From a virus, in IMG/VR virus record IMGVR_UViG_3300027917_000013: a DNA stretch of 36,406 nucleotides; one strand, written 5' to 3'. The position numbers and the translations under genes were made by a program. The notes under the pieces were generated by a model. The model was not told where the DNA came from, searched no databases, and saw only the letters and a program-made list of their open reading frames with translations. This document shows positions 1 through 7,585 of the stretch, piece after piece; the stretch's first letter is position 1; the number at the start of each line of letters is the position of its first letter.

Positions 1-99
1 AGGAAATCAAAGACGTTACGGGCGCGAATACTGTAACCCGCAATGATAATTTTCAAATGGAGTTTGCTTTATGATTTATGTAATTTTGTTTGGGCTTGC
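1..99. repeat. Terminal direct repeat copy 1 (identical to 36308..36406); circular-assembly overlap
   Basis: By direct comparison, the first 99 nt equal the last 99 nt. The repeat runs through coding sequence (the 3' end of the 81-aa CDS and the 5' end of the next CDS). This fits a circularised contig rather than a physical genome terminus. Confidence 0.9.
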
Positions 100-418
100 T
101 GGATTGTGGATTTGCGGAGCGGTTGCCCTCGTTTGTTTGATTGGGTATGCCGCGCAAGAAAAACGGAAACGTTACCCCGTCCCGCCTTGTACCCCGAGTC
201 GAAACCCATTAACCCGGGGGGTTGTTTACTGGGACGTTTCCCGCAAAGCTCAACGGGAGCGGGATTGGTTTGAGCGGTTGCGGGAATACTGGGACCAATT
301 CAACGTTACCCGCGAATTTCAAGGGCTCTCAACCTCCCCCCCTCCGCCCTCGCGTATCGGGGAGGGGGTCCCCCATAGAGTAAACGAGGACGGACGGAAT
401 AAAGAAAATGTACGTTGA
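71..418 (+). CDS. Hypothetical membrane protein (single N-terminal TM helix)
   Basis: 115-aa ORF. In the duplicated copy its ATG overlaps the upstream stop as ATGA (36378-36381). It has a hydrophobic N-terminus (VILFGLAGLWICGAVALVCLIGY) followed by a charged, Pro-rich tail. No family recognised. Confidence 0.6.
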   Translation: MIYVILFGLAGLWICGAVALVCLIGYAAQEKRKRYPVPPCTPSRNPLTRGVVYWDVSRKAQRERDWFERLREYWDQFNVTREFQGLSTSPPPPSRIGEGVPHRVNEDGRNKENVR

Positions 419-1034
419 TGCGTCCCGCCTTGGTTCGGTTGTTGCGTTTTGGGTCCTTGCCGCGTTATTCGGGTCCCTGGGTTGGGGGGTTAAGAGCTTG
501 CCCGATTGGGTAAGGATGCTTTTACAAATCCTTGCAATTCTTTTTGTTGTAATCGCGATTATTACAACTTTGGATTGGTCAACCCATCAAGCAACCGCTC
601 GGATGAAAGAATACAATTATGCGCGGACCTCCCACGCGGTACAACTGGCAAGCGCGCTCAAGGGCTTAACAATTCGCCAAACCGAAATTGTTGCCCGTTA
701 TGATGTTTTGGAGGCGCGCGGTTTAATGGGGGAGGACGGGCGGATTGCTTGGACCATTGCCGCGCCCGGGGGGGATATACCCCTTGCGTTTATCCAAGAT
801 TTTTTAATCTTGTCCAAGGAAACCGCGCCGTATCTTTTCCCCATAAGGGAGCATGAGGAAATCAAAAAGCGGTTTGAATGGCGCAACGCGGAATCAATGG
901 CAAAAGCAACAACCGATTTGTTTATATATACCCTGGGTTGGGCGGATAAAGCAACCGGACCTTACCCCGCAAAGCTCAACCGCTCCCTTGATTGGGTTTT
1001 GCCCAAATTCGGGGTTAATTATGAGGAGTCTTAA
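408..1034 (+). CDS. Hypothetical membrane protein (two N-terminal TM helices plus a soluble domain)
   Basis: 208-aa ORF overlapping the previous CDS by 11 nt. Hydrophobic segments are VVAFWVLAALFGSLGWGV and MLLQILAILFVVIAIITTL. No family recognised. Confidence 0.75.
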   Translation: MYVDASRLGSVVAFWVLAALFGSLGWGVKSLPDWVRMLLQILAILFVVIAIITTLDWSTHQATARMKEYNYARTSHAVQLASALKGLTIRQTEIVARYDVLEARGLMGEDGRIAWTIAAPGGDIPLAFIQDFLILSKETAPYLFPIREHEEIKKRFEWRNAESMAKATTDLFIYTLGWADKATGPYPAKLNRSLDWVLPKFGVNYEES

Positions 1035-1035
1035 A

Positions 1036-1236
1036 ATGCCCGATTTTATAACGCAAACAATGTTTATGTGTCAATCTTTGGAAACCGCATACCTTTTTGA
1101 TAATGAGGAGCAAGAGGAAATGAATCTTTGCGGTTGGCATCAATTGAGCGGACCGGAAAAACTTGATAAATCTGCAACCGTCCCAGTTTGCCCGCGTTGC
1201 GGGGGTCCCGTTGTCTTGGTAAAGGTTGCAGTATGA
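1036..1236 (+). CDS. Small Zn-ribbon-like protein
   Basis: 66 aa when started at the internal ATG 1036, which has AGGAG about 8 nt upstream and lies just after the previous stop. The protein ends in ...VPVCPRCGGPVV. Its stop overlaps the next start as ATGA at 1233-1236. Confidence 0.6.
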   Translation: MPDFITQTMFMCQSLETAYLFDNEEQEEMNLCGWHQLSGPEKLDKSATVPVCPRCGGPVVLVKVAV

Positions 1237-2030
1237 TTAAAATATTTTCTTATGGCGGGGGAGTTCAATCAACTGCCGCGCTTGTATTGCAAACCCAGGG
1301 GAAACTTGAATTTGATAAGTTTGTTTTTGCAAATGTTGGGGATGATTCGGAAAACCCCGAAACTTTAAAATATTTCCGCGAGGTTGCATTGCCATTTGCC
1401 AAGAAAAACAACGTTGATATTGTTGAGGTAAGAAAGACAACAAGAGGCAAAGAGGAAACCTTGTTAAATTATATGTATCGAATCGAAAAAGGAATTGCAA
1501 TTCCCTTACGCATGAATGGAAATGGAGCCCCAGGAAATCGAACTTGCACAAACAATTTTAAAATTTATCAAATTGAAAAATATGTTAAATCCCTGGGAGT
1601 CAAAAAATACATTGCGGGTCTTGGTATCTCAACGGATGAAATACACCGCGCAAGGTCGGAGGAATGGACCCAAACAATTTATAAAAACCTTGAGGTAAAA
1701 CGGACATATCCACTAATTAAATTGAATATTTCCCGAAAAGATTGCAAAGCAATAATTAAAAATGTTGGACTCCCCATTCCTCCAAAATCGGCATGTTGGT
1801 TTTGCCCGTTTACACGTCATCTTGAATGGGTTGAAATGCGGATGCAAAACCCGGAAAGATTTGAAAAAGTTGTTGAGATTGAAAAAATGATGCAAGAAAA
1901 ACGCAAAAAAATAAACAAAGACCCGGTTTGGTATCATCCGTCATTAAAGCCTCTTGAGGTTGCGGTTGGGTTACAGGAAAATTTCTTTGATGAATTGGAC
2001 AACTGCGAATCGGGTTATTGTATGATTTGA
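1233..2030 (+). CDS. PAPS reductase-like / DndC-like PP-loop enzyme
   Basis: 265 aa starting MIKIFSYGGGVQSTAALVL, a PP-loop-type N-terminus. Cysteines occur as CWFCP and near the C-terminus (NCESGYC), as in phage 'phosphoadenosine phosphosulfate reductase' family proteins. The start was chosen at the ATGA overlap with the upstream gene rather than the ORF-track start at 1188. Confidence 0.7.
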   Translation: MIKIFSYGGGVQSTAALVLQTQGKLEFDKFVFANVGDDSENPETLKYFREVALPFAKKNNVDIVEVRKTTRGKEETLLNYMYRIEKGIAIPLRMNGNGAPGNRTCTNNFKIYQIEKYVKSLGVKKYIAGLGISTDEIHRARSEEWTQTIYKNLEVKRTYPLIKLNISRKDCKAIIKNVGLPIPPKSACWFCPFTRHLEWVEMRMQNPERFEKVVEIEKMMQEKRKKINKDPVWYHPSLKPLEVAVGLQENFFDELDNCESGYCMI

Positions 2031-2038
2031 GGTTATCA

Positions 2039-2380
2039 ATGACCAACCAAAAAACCCCTATATTTGTTAATTCTGTTGTTGTTGGGCATGTTGACGGGAA
2101 ATGGTTTATTAAGCGGATTTACGGGAGCAAGCATTTTCTAAAATCCCCCCGAGCAATCGCGCTTGATATAACATCTTTGGAGGATGCGGAAAACGCGGGA
2201 GCGGAGCAAGTTTTTGTAACGGACATTGATACCGGGAAACAATACCGGGCTCCCATTCAAAGAATATTTGAAAAGGGAATCAAGATTGACAGGGGTTTTA
2301 ATCTTCAACTTGCTTTGCTTATGGATGATTGGGAAACTACGGACCCCAGGGGACCCCAACAAGGGAGGTTTGATATATGA
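2039..2380 (+). CDS. Hypothetical protein
   Basis: 113 aa from ATG 2039, with GAGG 7 nt upstream. The ORF-track start at 2018 would overlap the previous gene. No family recognised. Confidence 0.7.
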   Translation: MTNQKTPIFVNSVVVGHVDGKWFIKRIYGSKHFLKSPRAIALDITSLEDAENAGAEQVFVTDIDTGKQYRAPIQRIFEKGIKIDRGFNLQLALLMDDWETTDPRGPQQGRFDI

Positions 2381-2562
2381 AACGAAAACCGGGTATAAGA
2401 GTCATTTTATGGAATCGGTTGCGTATTTGGCGATTTGAAATTTTATATAACAAAAAGGGCTTACAAATATATTGGTTGTCAAATTACAAATATTTTGAAA
2501 ACCTTGTAAAATTCGATTATGAATATGCAACCCCATTATTAAGAATAGGGGAGCAAATATAA
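2377..2562 (+). CDS. Doubtful small basic ORF at the end of the rightward operon
   Basis: 61-aa ORF whose start overlaps the upstream stop as ATGA. It lies in an AT-rich, low-complexity junction, has no recognisable Shine-Dalgarno sequence, and has odd composition. Confidence 0.25.
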   Translation: MKRKPGIRVILWNRLRIWRFEILYNKKGLQIYWLSNYKYFENLVKFDYEYATPLLRIGEQI

Positions 2563-2628
2563 TAAGACAAAATATGTATGCTTTTGATAAGATTTTTTAT
2601 CGTAAACAAAAAAAGAGGAGTCAATTGA

Positions 2629-2793
2629 TTATTCCCCAGGGACCTTTTCAATCGGTTTGTAATTCAAACCTGGGACAATGCGGTTGCCCACAATGGTAAT
2701 CATTGGCTCAAGGATTACCCCATGCTTTTTACAAACCTCTTGGACCTCCGCCGCGCAAGCCCGCGCCCGCGCTTGTAAGGCTTGCTCCCGCAT
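2629..2793 (-). CDS. Hypothetical small protein (last gene of the late operon)
   Basis: The ORF track gives 2629..2862 (77 aa). The in-frame ATG at 2793 sits 1 nt after the upstream stop (TAAGATG), giving a non-overlapping 54-aa product MREQALQARARACAAEV... The stop is the same either way. Confidence 0.55.
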   Translation of the reverse strand: MREQALQARARACAAEVQEVCKKHGVILEPMITIVGNRIVPGLNYKPIEKVPGE

Positions 2794-2794
2794 C

Positions 2795-3175
2795 TTATTT
2801 ATTTCGTTTATTTCTAAGATTGGAAACCCATTCCCCGGATTTAATTTGTCGTTTCCGCTCATTGATTTCCTTCCTTTTCCTCATGGTCCGCATTTTGGCG
2901 CGCAAGTTGCGCCGAATTATTCTTTGCGCGTCAACCCATATTTGCAAAGTTTCATGCTCGGTTTTTCTTGCAATTTTTACGCGCAACTTTTCAAGGTCCT
3001 CAAAATCGGGCTCCCCGTCCGCCTTATAAATTGCTTTGATTATCTTTTTGTAATCGCGCCCGTCAATGTCATCGGGCAAGGTTTCAACCGCGTCCCAAAA
3101 TTCATCAAGGGAATATTCCCCAAGTTGCAATTCCCGTATTTGGTCTTTCAATTTTACTTTGCTCGGATGCGCCAT
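2795..3175 (-). CDS. Hypothetical charged protein downstream of the tail fibre (possible fibre assembly factor)
   Basis: 126-aa ORF, tightly packed after the fibre gene. It has an acidic N-terminal half and a very basic C-terminal tail (RRNLRAKMRTMRKRKEINERKRQIK). The function is a guess from position only. Confidence 0.7.
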   Translation of the reverse strand: MAHPSKVKLKDQIRELQLGEYSLDEFWDAVETLPDDIDGRDYKKIIKAIYKADGEPDFEDLEKLRVKIARKTEHETLQIWVDAQRIIRRNLRAKMRTMRKRKEINERKRQIKSGEWVSNLRNKRNK

Positions 3176-3177
3176 TT

Positions 3178-4464
3178 TTACACTATGTTTACCGTTACCG
3201 ATTCGCCCAGGGTAATCCCATCATTCACATAAAGCAATTTTGGACTACCAACCGCGCTTGCTTTACCGACTTCAACTGTTCTTACTTGGATTTGTACGTT
3301 GCAAGCGTTGTTGTCCGTTCCCGCGGTATCCCGGTATTGGATAAGCAAGCGTTTGTTTGCATTATCAATTTCCGCTTGCCATTCTTTCGTGTTATCAGTT
3401 GGGTAAACCTTGGTTAATGTCTGCGTTACAATGTTCATTGTCCCTTGAGTATTTGCAATGACCCCCTCAAGTTTCCACGCGTAAAAATCCGCAAGGACAT
3501 TTTCCGCGCCCGCAATCAACGCCTCAAAATACCAAAGCGTATTTTCAATTAAGGGATATTGGTAACCCGTTACCCAACTTGATGACCAACTTGCAATTAA
3601 TTCCTCTTGGGAAATTAACGAGCATTGATTCATTCCTTGATAGGGGTCCGCGCCCGCATTATAAGAATTTACCCCGTTGCCCCAAACAATCCGCCCGTTG
3701 AAATACCCGTTGCCCGAATCGTCATTGCTTATGGTTTCCTCGCCAATGTGCAACCCCCCAAGTTGGTAATCCGTATAATGACGGTAACCAAATTGCATTA
3801 TCCATTGGGTCGGGCTTGCCCCGCTCCCCAATAAATCGTTTTGCTCCCCAACCTGTAAACTACTCCAAACGTCCCCTTGGGTCAAACAATTGATTGCCGC
3901 GTATTGCCCGGTATAAGTTGGGTAATCTGAAACCCCAGTTGCGGTTAAATCGTTGTTTTCCCCAACCGAATACCCTCCAAAAGTTTCGTCAATAATATCG
4001 TTGTTTGTACCAAAAATAAAAATATAATTGCCCTCCTCTATATCGTGATTTTCCCCAAAAGCAACAACCGCATATTGTCCGCCCGAATACGCGCCCGCAA
4101 CGTCAATATCAATTGCAAACCCGTAACCCAAGCAAAGATAAGAATATTGCCCCATATCAACCCCCGCGCCTCCAAGGACAACGGAATAATCCGAGCCCGC
4201 AACAATTTTATTGTAATTCCCGGTCAAAATACCGGAATAATCCGAGCCCGCAACGTCATTTGAATCGGTCCCCGTAAGTTGCAAGTCAACAACGTCCGCG
4301 CCCCGGTTCCCGGTCCCGTCCTCTTTTGCCCATTTTGTACCATGTATCCATGTAAAACCATCATCAACATTTCCCTTGATACCCTCCCCTAACATATCCC
4401 GAATCGTTTTCCTGATTAAGGGCTCAAGCCTTTTATAAAGCCCAGTAATATTATCCATGCTCAA
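3178..4464 (-). CDS. Tail fibre / receptor-binding protein (putative)
   Basis: 428 aa, the last large gene of the tail module, with an ATGA overlap to the upstream gene. It is Gly/Asn/Ser/Tyr-rich with short internal repeats (AGSDYSGILTGNYNKIVAGSDYSVVLGG), typical of beta-helical fibres. The C-terminal 15 aa match the repeat motif of the 894-aa protein. Confidence 0.6.
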   Translation of the reverse strand: MSMDNITGLYKRLEPLIRKTIRDMLGEGIKGNVDDGFTWIHGTKWAKEDGTGNRGADVVDLQLTGTDSNDVAGSDYSGILTGNYNKIVAGSDYSVVLGGAGVDMGQYSYLCLGYGFAIDIDVAGAYSGGQYAVVAFGENHDIEEGNYIFIFGTNNDIIDETFGGYSVGENNDLTATGVSDYPTYTGQYAAINCLTQGDVWSSLQVGEQNDLLGSGASPTQWIMQFGYRHYTDYQLGGLHIGEETISNDDSGNGYFNGRIVWGNGVNSYNAGADPYQGMNQCSLISQEELIASWSSSWVTGYQYPLIENTLWYFEALIAGAENVLADFYAWKLEGVIANTQGTMNIVTQTLTKVYPTDNTKEWQAEIDNANKRLLIQYRDTAGTDNNACNVQIQVRTVEVGKASAVGSPKLLYVNDGITLGESVTVNIV

Positions 4465-6008
4465 CCCTCGCGTATTGTAAAATCAAAGGGATTCAAAACG
4501 TCCCTTGTTTCCATTATTCTATAACCGCGCTTTGGGGAATACTCCGATTCCTCAATAAAAAAATGAGTCGGGTTGCTTATGCGCGTTGTGTTAATTGTAT
4601 CGGGTACAACTCCCTTAAGCCTTGTCCAATTCCCAACCGGGCAATCCTCGGGCAATATTGGGTTGTCATATCTATCCGTTATCTTGCCCCAGGGGTCAAT
4701 TTTATAATCCTCGGACCATTGCGCGGGCTCCTCGTAAATGCGGACCCTCCGCAAATCCGAAATTGTTGCAAGCAACCTCCGGTTGTTGCTTGTCCCCATT
4801 TTTAAAAGTTGCTCAATCTCATATTGCGCGGTTGCCTCCCCGTCCCTGTAAGGGGAGGAGTTTACCCCGCTTGTATCCTCAACCTCATAAGATTCAATAA
4901 ACTCCCCATGCGAATCAAAAGCGTCCGTTATTTGGGTTGTTGATTCCAAATCGCCCAGGACCCGAAAATTAAAATCCCTGTCATAAGGTTGAATCCAACT
5001 TGAGGTTGATGTTTTATATAATTTTATTCCCCCGTCTTGATAACCGTCCGTTGTTGTACCCTCAATCATAAAATAATTGTCCGCATCAATTCCCCCCGAC
5101 CTTTGGATATGAATCCAATAAAGCGTTGAATCCGCCAAGGTTTGAGGGGTATCAAGCGTAAAGGTTACCCAATTCGAGTATGTTTCAACGTTCGCGCCCG
5201 CAATGTCATCGGTCCCTGAAAGTTGCGCGTTTGGCGCGTTCCCCGAATCACTATAAAGGGCAACCTCAAGGTTATCGGTTGGCGCGCCAACTTTCCAAAC
5301 GCTCAACTCAATCTTGCTTGCAACCCATGAGGACCCGCTTTTATTTTGGAAACTTTGCGCGGCTCGCGGTCTGTCATCCTCCCCGATTTCCCGCCCTCCC
5401 CAGGTGTCATTTTCCTCATAAGCAATTTTACCTTTATCGTTCGCGTAATACCTCCAACCCAGGGTATCCCACCAACCCCCGCACTCAATTCGGGCAACCG
5501 CTTGTTTTCTTACCTTGCCCCATTGGGGAGGGGTTGGGCTCGGGTATTTCCGGTTTTCAAGTTGTGTATCTTGAAATTGAGCAACTTGCGTTGCGGTTAT
5601 CTCATGCGCGGTTAATAATAATTCCTTGGTCCCATATTCCGCGGTTGAGGTTGCATCCGAGTCCCAAGTTGTTGTAAACCGCTCCCCATTTTCGGTATAA
5701 GCAACTGCAAGTTTGTTTGACATTGAATCAAGGGAAATTCCGTATTCGATTCCATGCTCCTCGAATATCGTTACCTTATTGATGAAACCCCACCAAACCC
5801 GCTTGCCGCGTTCCTTATGAAAGATATAAACCGGGCAACGCAACATTTCAACAAACTCGAATAATTCAAGTTGGGACCCGGTAGCAATCAATGACGCGTA
5901 TTTTGGACCCCCAATCGCATTTTTTGTAAACCGCTCAACCTCCAATGTTTCCCAATGGACCCGGGGATATTTACTAAAATCCCGCTTTTCAAAGGATACC
6001 GTAAGCAT
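4461..6008 (-). CDS. Distal tail / baseplate structural protein
   Basis: 515-aa ORF, the second gene after the tape measure. Assigned by position only; a Dit/Tal-type role was not verified. Confidence 0.55.
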   Translation of the reverse strand: MLTVSFEKRDFSKYPRVHWETLEVERFTKNAIGGPKYASLIATGSQLELFEFVEMLRCPVYIFHKERGKRVWWGFINKVTIFEEHGIEYGISLDSMSNKLAVAYTENGERFTTTWDSDATSTAEYGTKELLLTAHEITATQVAQFQDTQLENRKYPSPTPPQWGKVRKQAVARIECGGWWDTLGWRYYANDKGKIAYEENDTWGGREIGEDDRPRAAQSFQNKSGSSWVASKIELSVWKVGAPTDNLEVALYSDSGNAPNAQLSGTDDIAGANVETYSNWVTFTLDTPQTLADSTLYWIHIQRSGGIDADNYFMIEGTTTDGYQDGGIKLYKTSTSSWIQPYDRDFNFRVLGDLESTTQITDAFDSHGEFIESYEVEDTSGVNSSPYRDGEATAQYEIEQLLKMGTSNNRRLLATISDLRRVRIYEEPAQWSEDYKIDPWGKITDRYDNPILPEDCPVGNWTRLKGVVPDTINTTRISNPTHFFIEESEYSPKRGYRIMETRDVLNPFDFTIREG

Positions 6009-6009
6009 C

Positions 6010-7581
6010 TTAAAAGGTCCTTATCCTTGGGCGATAAATAACCGTAACGGATGCGGTCCGGTCAATGTCCGCGGTATTTGCGGTAATCGAATGTTGTGTA
6101 AATTGTATTCGATGATTTTGGTTTGGCATAAGCATCAACGGACTCCCCTCCGCAACCAAATTATTTACTTGCTCCCCTGATATTTCCTGGTAAAAGGTTT
6201 CATCAATCCCGTCATCAACAAGAATTGAGTTTTGAGCAATCCCGTCAAGACAAACAAACTTGCGCCAACCGTCCAAAACAACCATTTGTAAAACATCAAG
6301 GTTTATAGTTTCATCGGACCCGCTTACAGATTGGGACCAAAGTTTTAATGTTAAATCGGTTGGAGTCCCGCCCTCCAATCGAAACGGGGGAAGTTGAAAC
6401 GTTGCAAACTCGCGCCATAAACGCGATATTGCCTCATAAGTATCATCAAATTGAAACCAACCGGACTCCCATAAAATATTAGTATCATAATAAATTTTTA
6501 ACGCATATCTGCAATTTGTTATATCCGTCCCGTCCCAAAACCGCATTATTGCCCGAACATAAGCCCCACGCGCCGCGTTAAGCATCCCGCTTGGTAACGT
6601 CCAAGTACAAAGCGCGCTTGCGCTTCCGGACAATACATTATAAGCCCGGTATATTAAAGAGCTTGCGCCCGCATCAACCGTATTACTCCCCCCAGTACAA
6701 TCCTCAACCTCAAGCATATAACCAAATTGCAACGGGGTTGCCAACCGATTCATACCAACCCAAACCGTTTCAAGGTCCGCGCCCGCGTCCGTATTGGTTA
6801 CCTTTAATTTAATCGGGGTTGGCTCGGTCCCCCCAATATTACTTGAGGAAATATCAACGTAATTTTGCACATAATAAATTTTTATTGCATCCCCCGCGGC
6901 CTCATTTACAACGGTTTCCTCATAAACTGTTAAAGTTGTTGAGCTCGCGGTTGCAATTGTATAAATCCCGTCATTGCTTGTTGAGCCCCTCAAACTGATA
7001 ATATCGCCCGCGGAAAATACCCCAAAACCCGAGCCCGAATCCGCAATGGTATCGGGCGCGGTAAACGAAACCGTATTATTACTAAACGCCTCCCCGCCCA
7101 TTGGATTCTTAATTGTTACCGAAGTCCCCGACCCTGATTGATTCTCAATGGTTAAGGTTGTTTCGGTATTCGCCTCCCAGTAATCCCGCCTTGTAAATAT
7201 CAAAAGAAATTCCCCGGATTTGGTTGCCCAAATTGCACCAAGCAACCGTTTCGGACCCTCAATGCTCCCCGCGTCCTCCGATTCGCTCCGCCTTACGATT
7301 TCGGACCTGTAAAGCGTTGATAAGGAATCGGGTTGAAATTTTATATATACCTTGTCGCCAACCCCGGTATCATATCTTGATTCCGCGTTCCTTAAAGCCC
7401 GCTCAATATTTTCAATTGCAGTTTGGAAATTTGCCGCGCTTGAGGATTTTATAAAAAGCCTTATCCGTTCCGTAACAATCCCGCCCTTGCCCGCCTCGGG
7501 GACATAATCCAAAAGGATATAATCCCCGCTTGTCAAGTTGATTGTTGTTGACCCGTAAATAATTTGTAAGGTATGCGCCAT
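6010..7581 (-). CDS. Distal tail structural protein
   Basis: 523-aa ORF immediately downstream of the tape measure gene. Assigned by position only. Confidence 0.55.
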   Translation of the reverse strand: MAHTLQIIYGSTTINLTSGDYILLDYVPEAGKGGIVTERIRLFIKSSSAANFQTAIENIERALRNAESRYDTGVGDKVYIKFQPDSLSTLYRSEIVRRSESEDAGSIEGPKRLLGAIWATKSGEFLLIFTRRDYWEANTETTLTIENQSGSGTSVTIKNPMGGEAFSNNTVSFTAPDTIADSGSGFGVFSAGDIISLRGSTSNDGIYTIATASSTTLTVYEETVVNEAAGDAIKIYYVQNYVDISSSNIGGTEPTPIKLKVTNTDAGADLETVWVGMNRLATPLQFGYMLEVEDCTGGSNTVDAGASSLIYRAYNVLSGSASALCTWTLPSGMLNAARGAYVRAIMRFWDGTDITNCRYALKIYYDTNILWESGWFQFDDTYEAISRLWREFATFQLPPFRLEGGTPTDLTLKLWSQSVSGSDETINLDVLQMVVLDGWRKFVCLDGIAQNSILVDDGIDETFYQEISGEQVNNLVAEGSPLMLMPNQNHRIQFTQHSITANTADIDRTASVTVIYRPRIRTF

Positions 7582-7585
7582 TTAT

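Noticed and set aside
1-99. The 99-bp terminal repeat as a genuine physical direct terminal repeat, a prophage att site or a mobile-element boundary
   Set aside because: The repeat lies inside coding sequence and spans a gene junction. No integrase is present, and the repeat length equals a common assembler k-mer. A circular-contig overlap is the more economical explanation.
2678-3232. 184-aa plus-strand ORF. Similar antisense ORFs include 5180-5677, 18586-19062, 18716-19141, 32227-32727 (minus), 34371-34718 (minus) and 34681-35094 (minus).
   Set aside because: All lie fully inside longer opposite-strand genes that fit the operon architecture. They have Pro/Ser/Arg-rich or otherwise atypical composition and lack RBS motifs.
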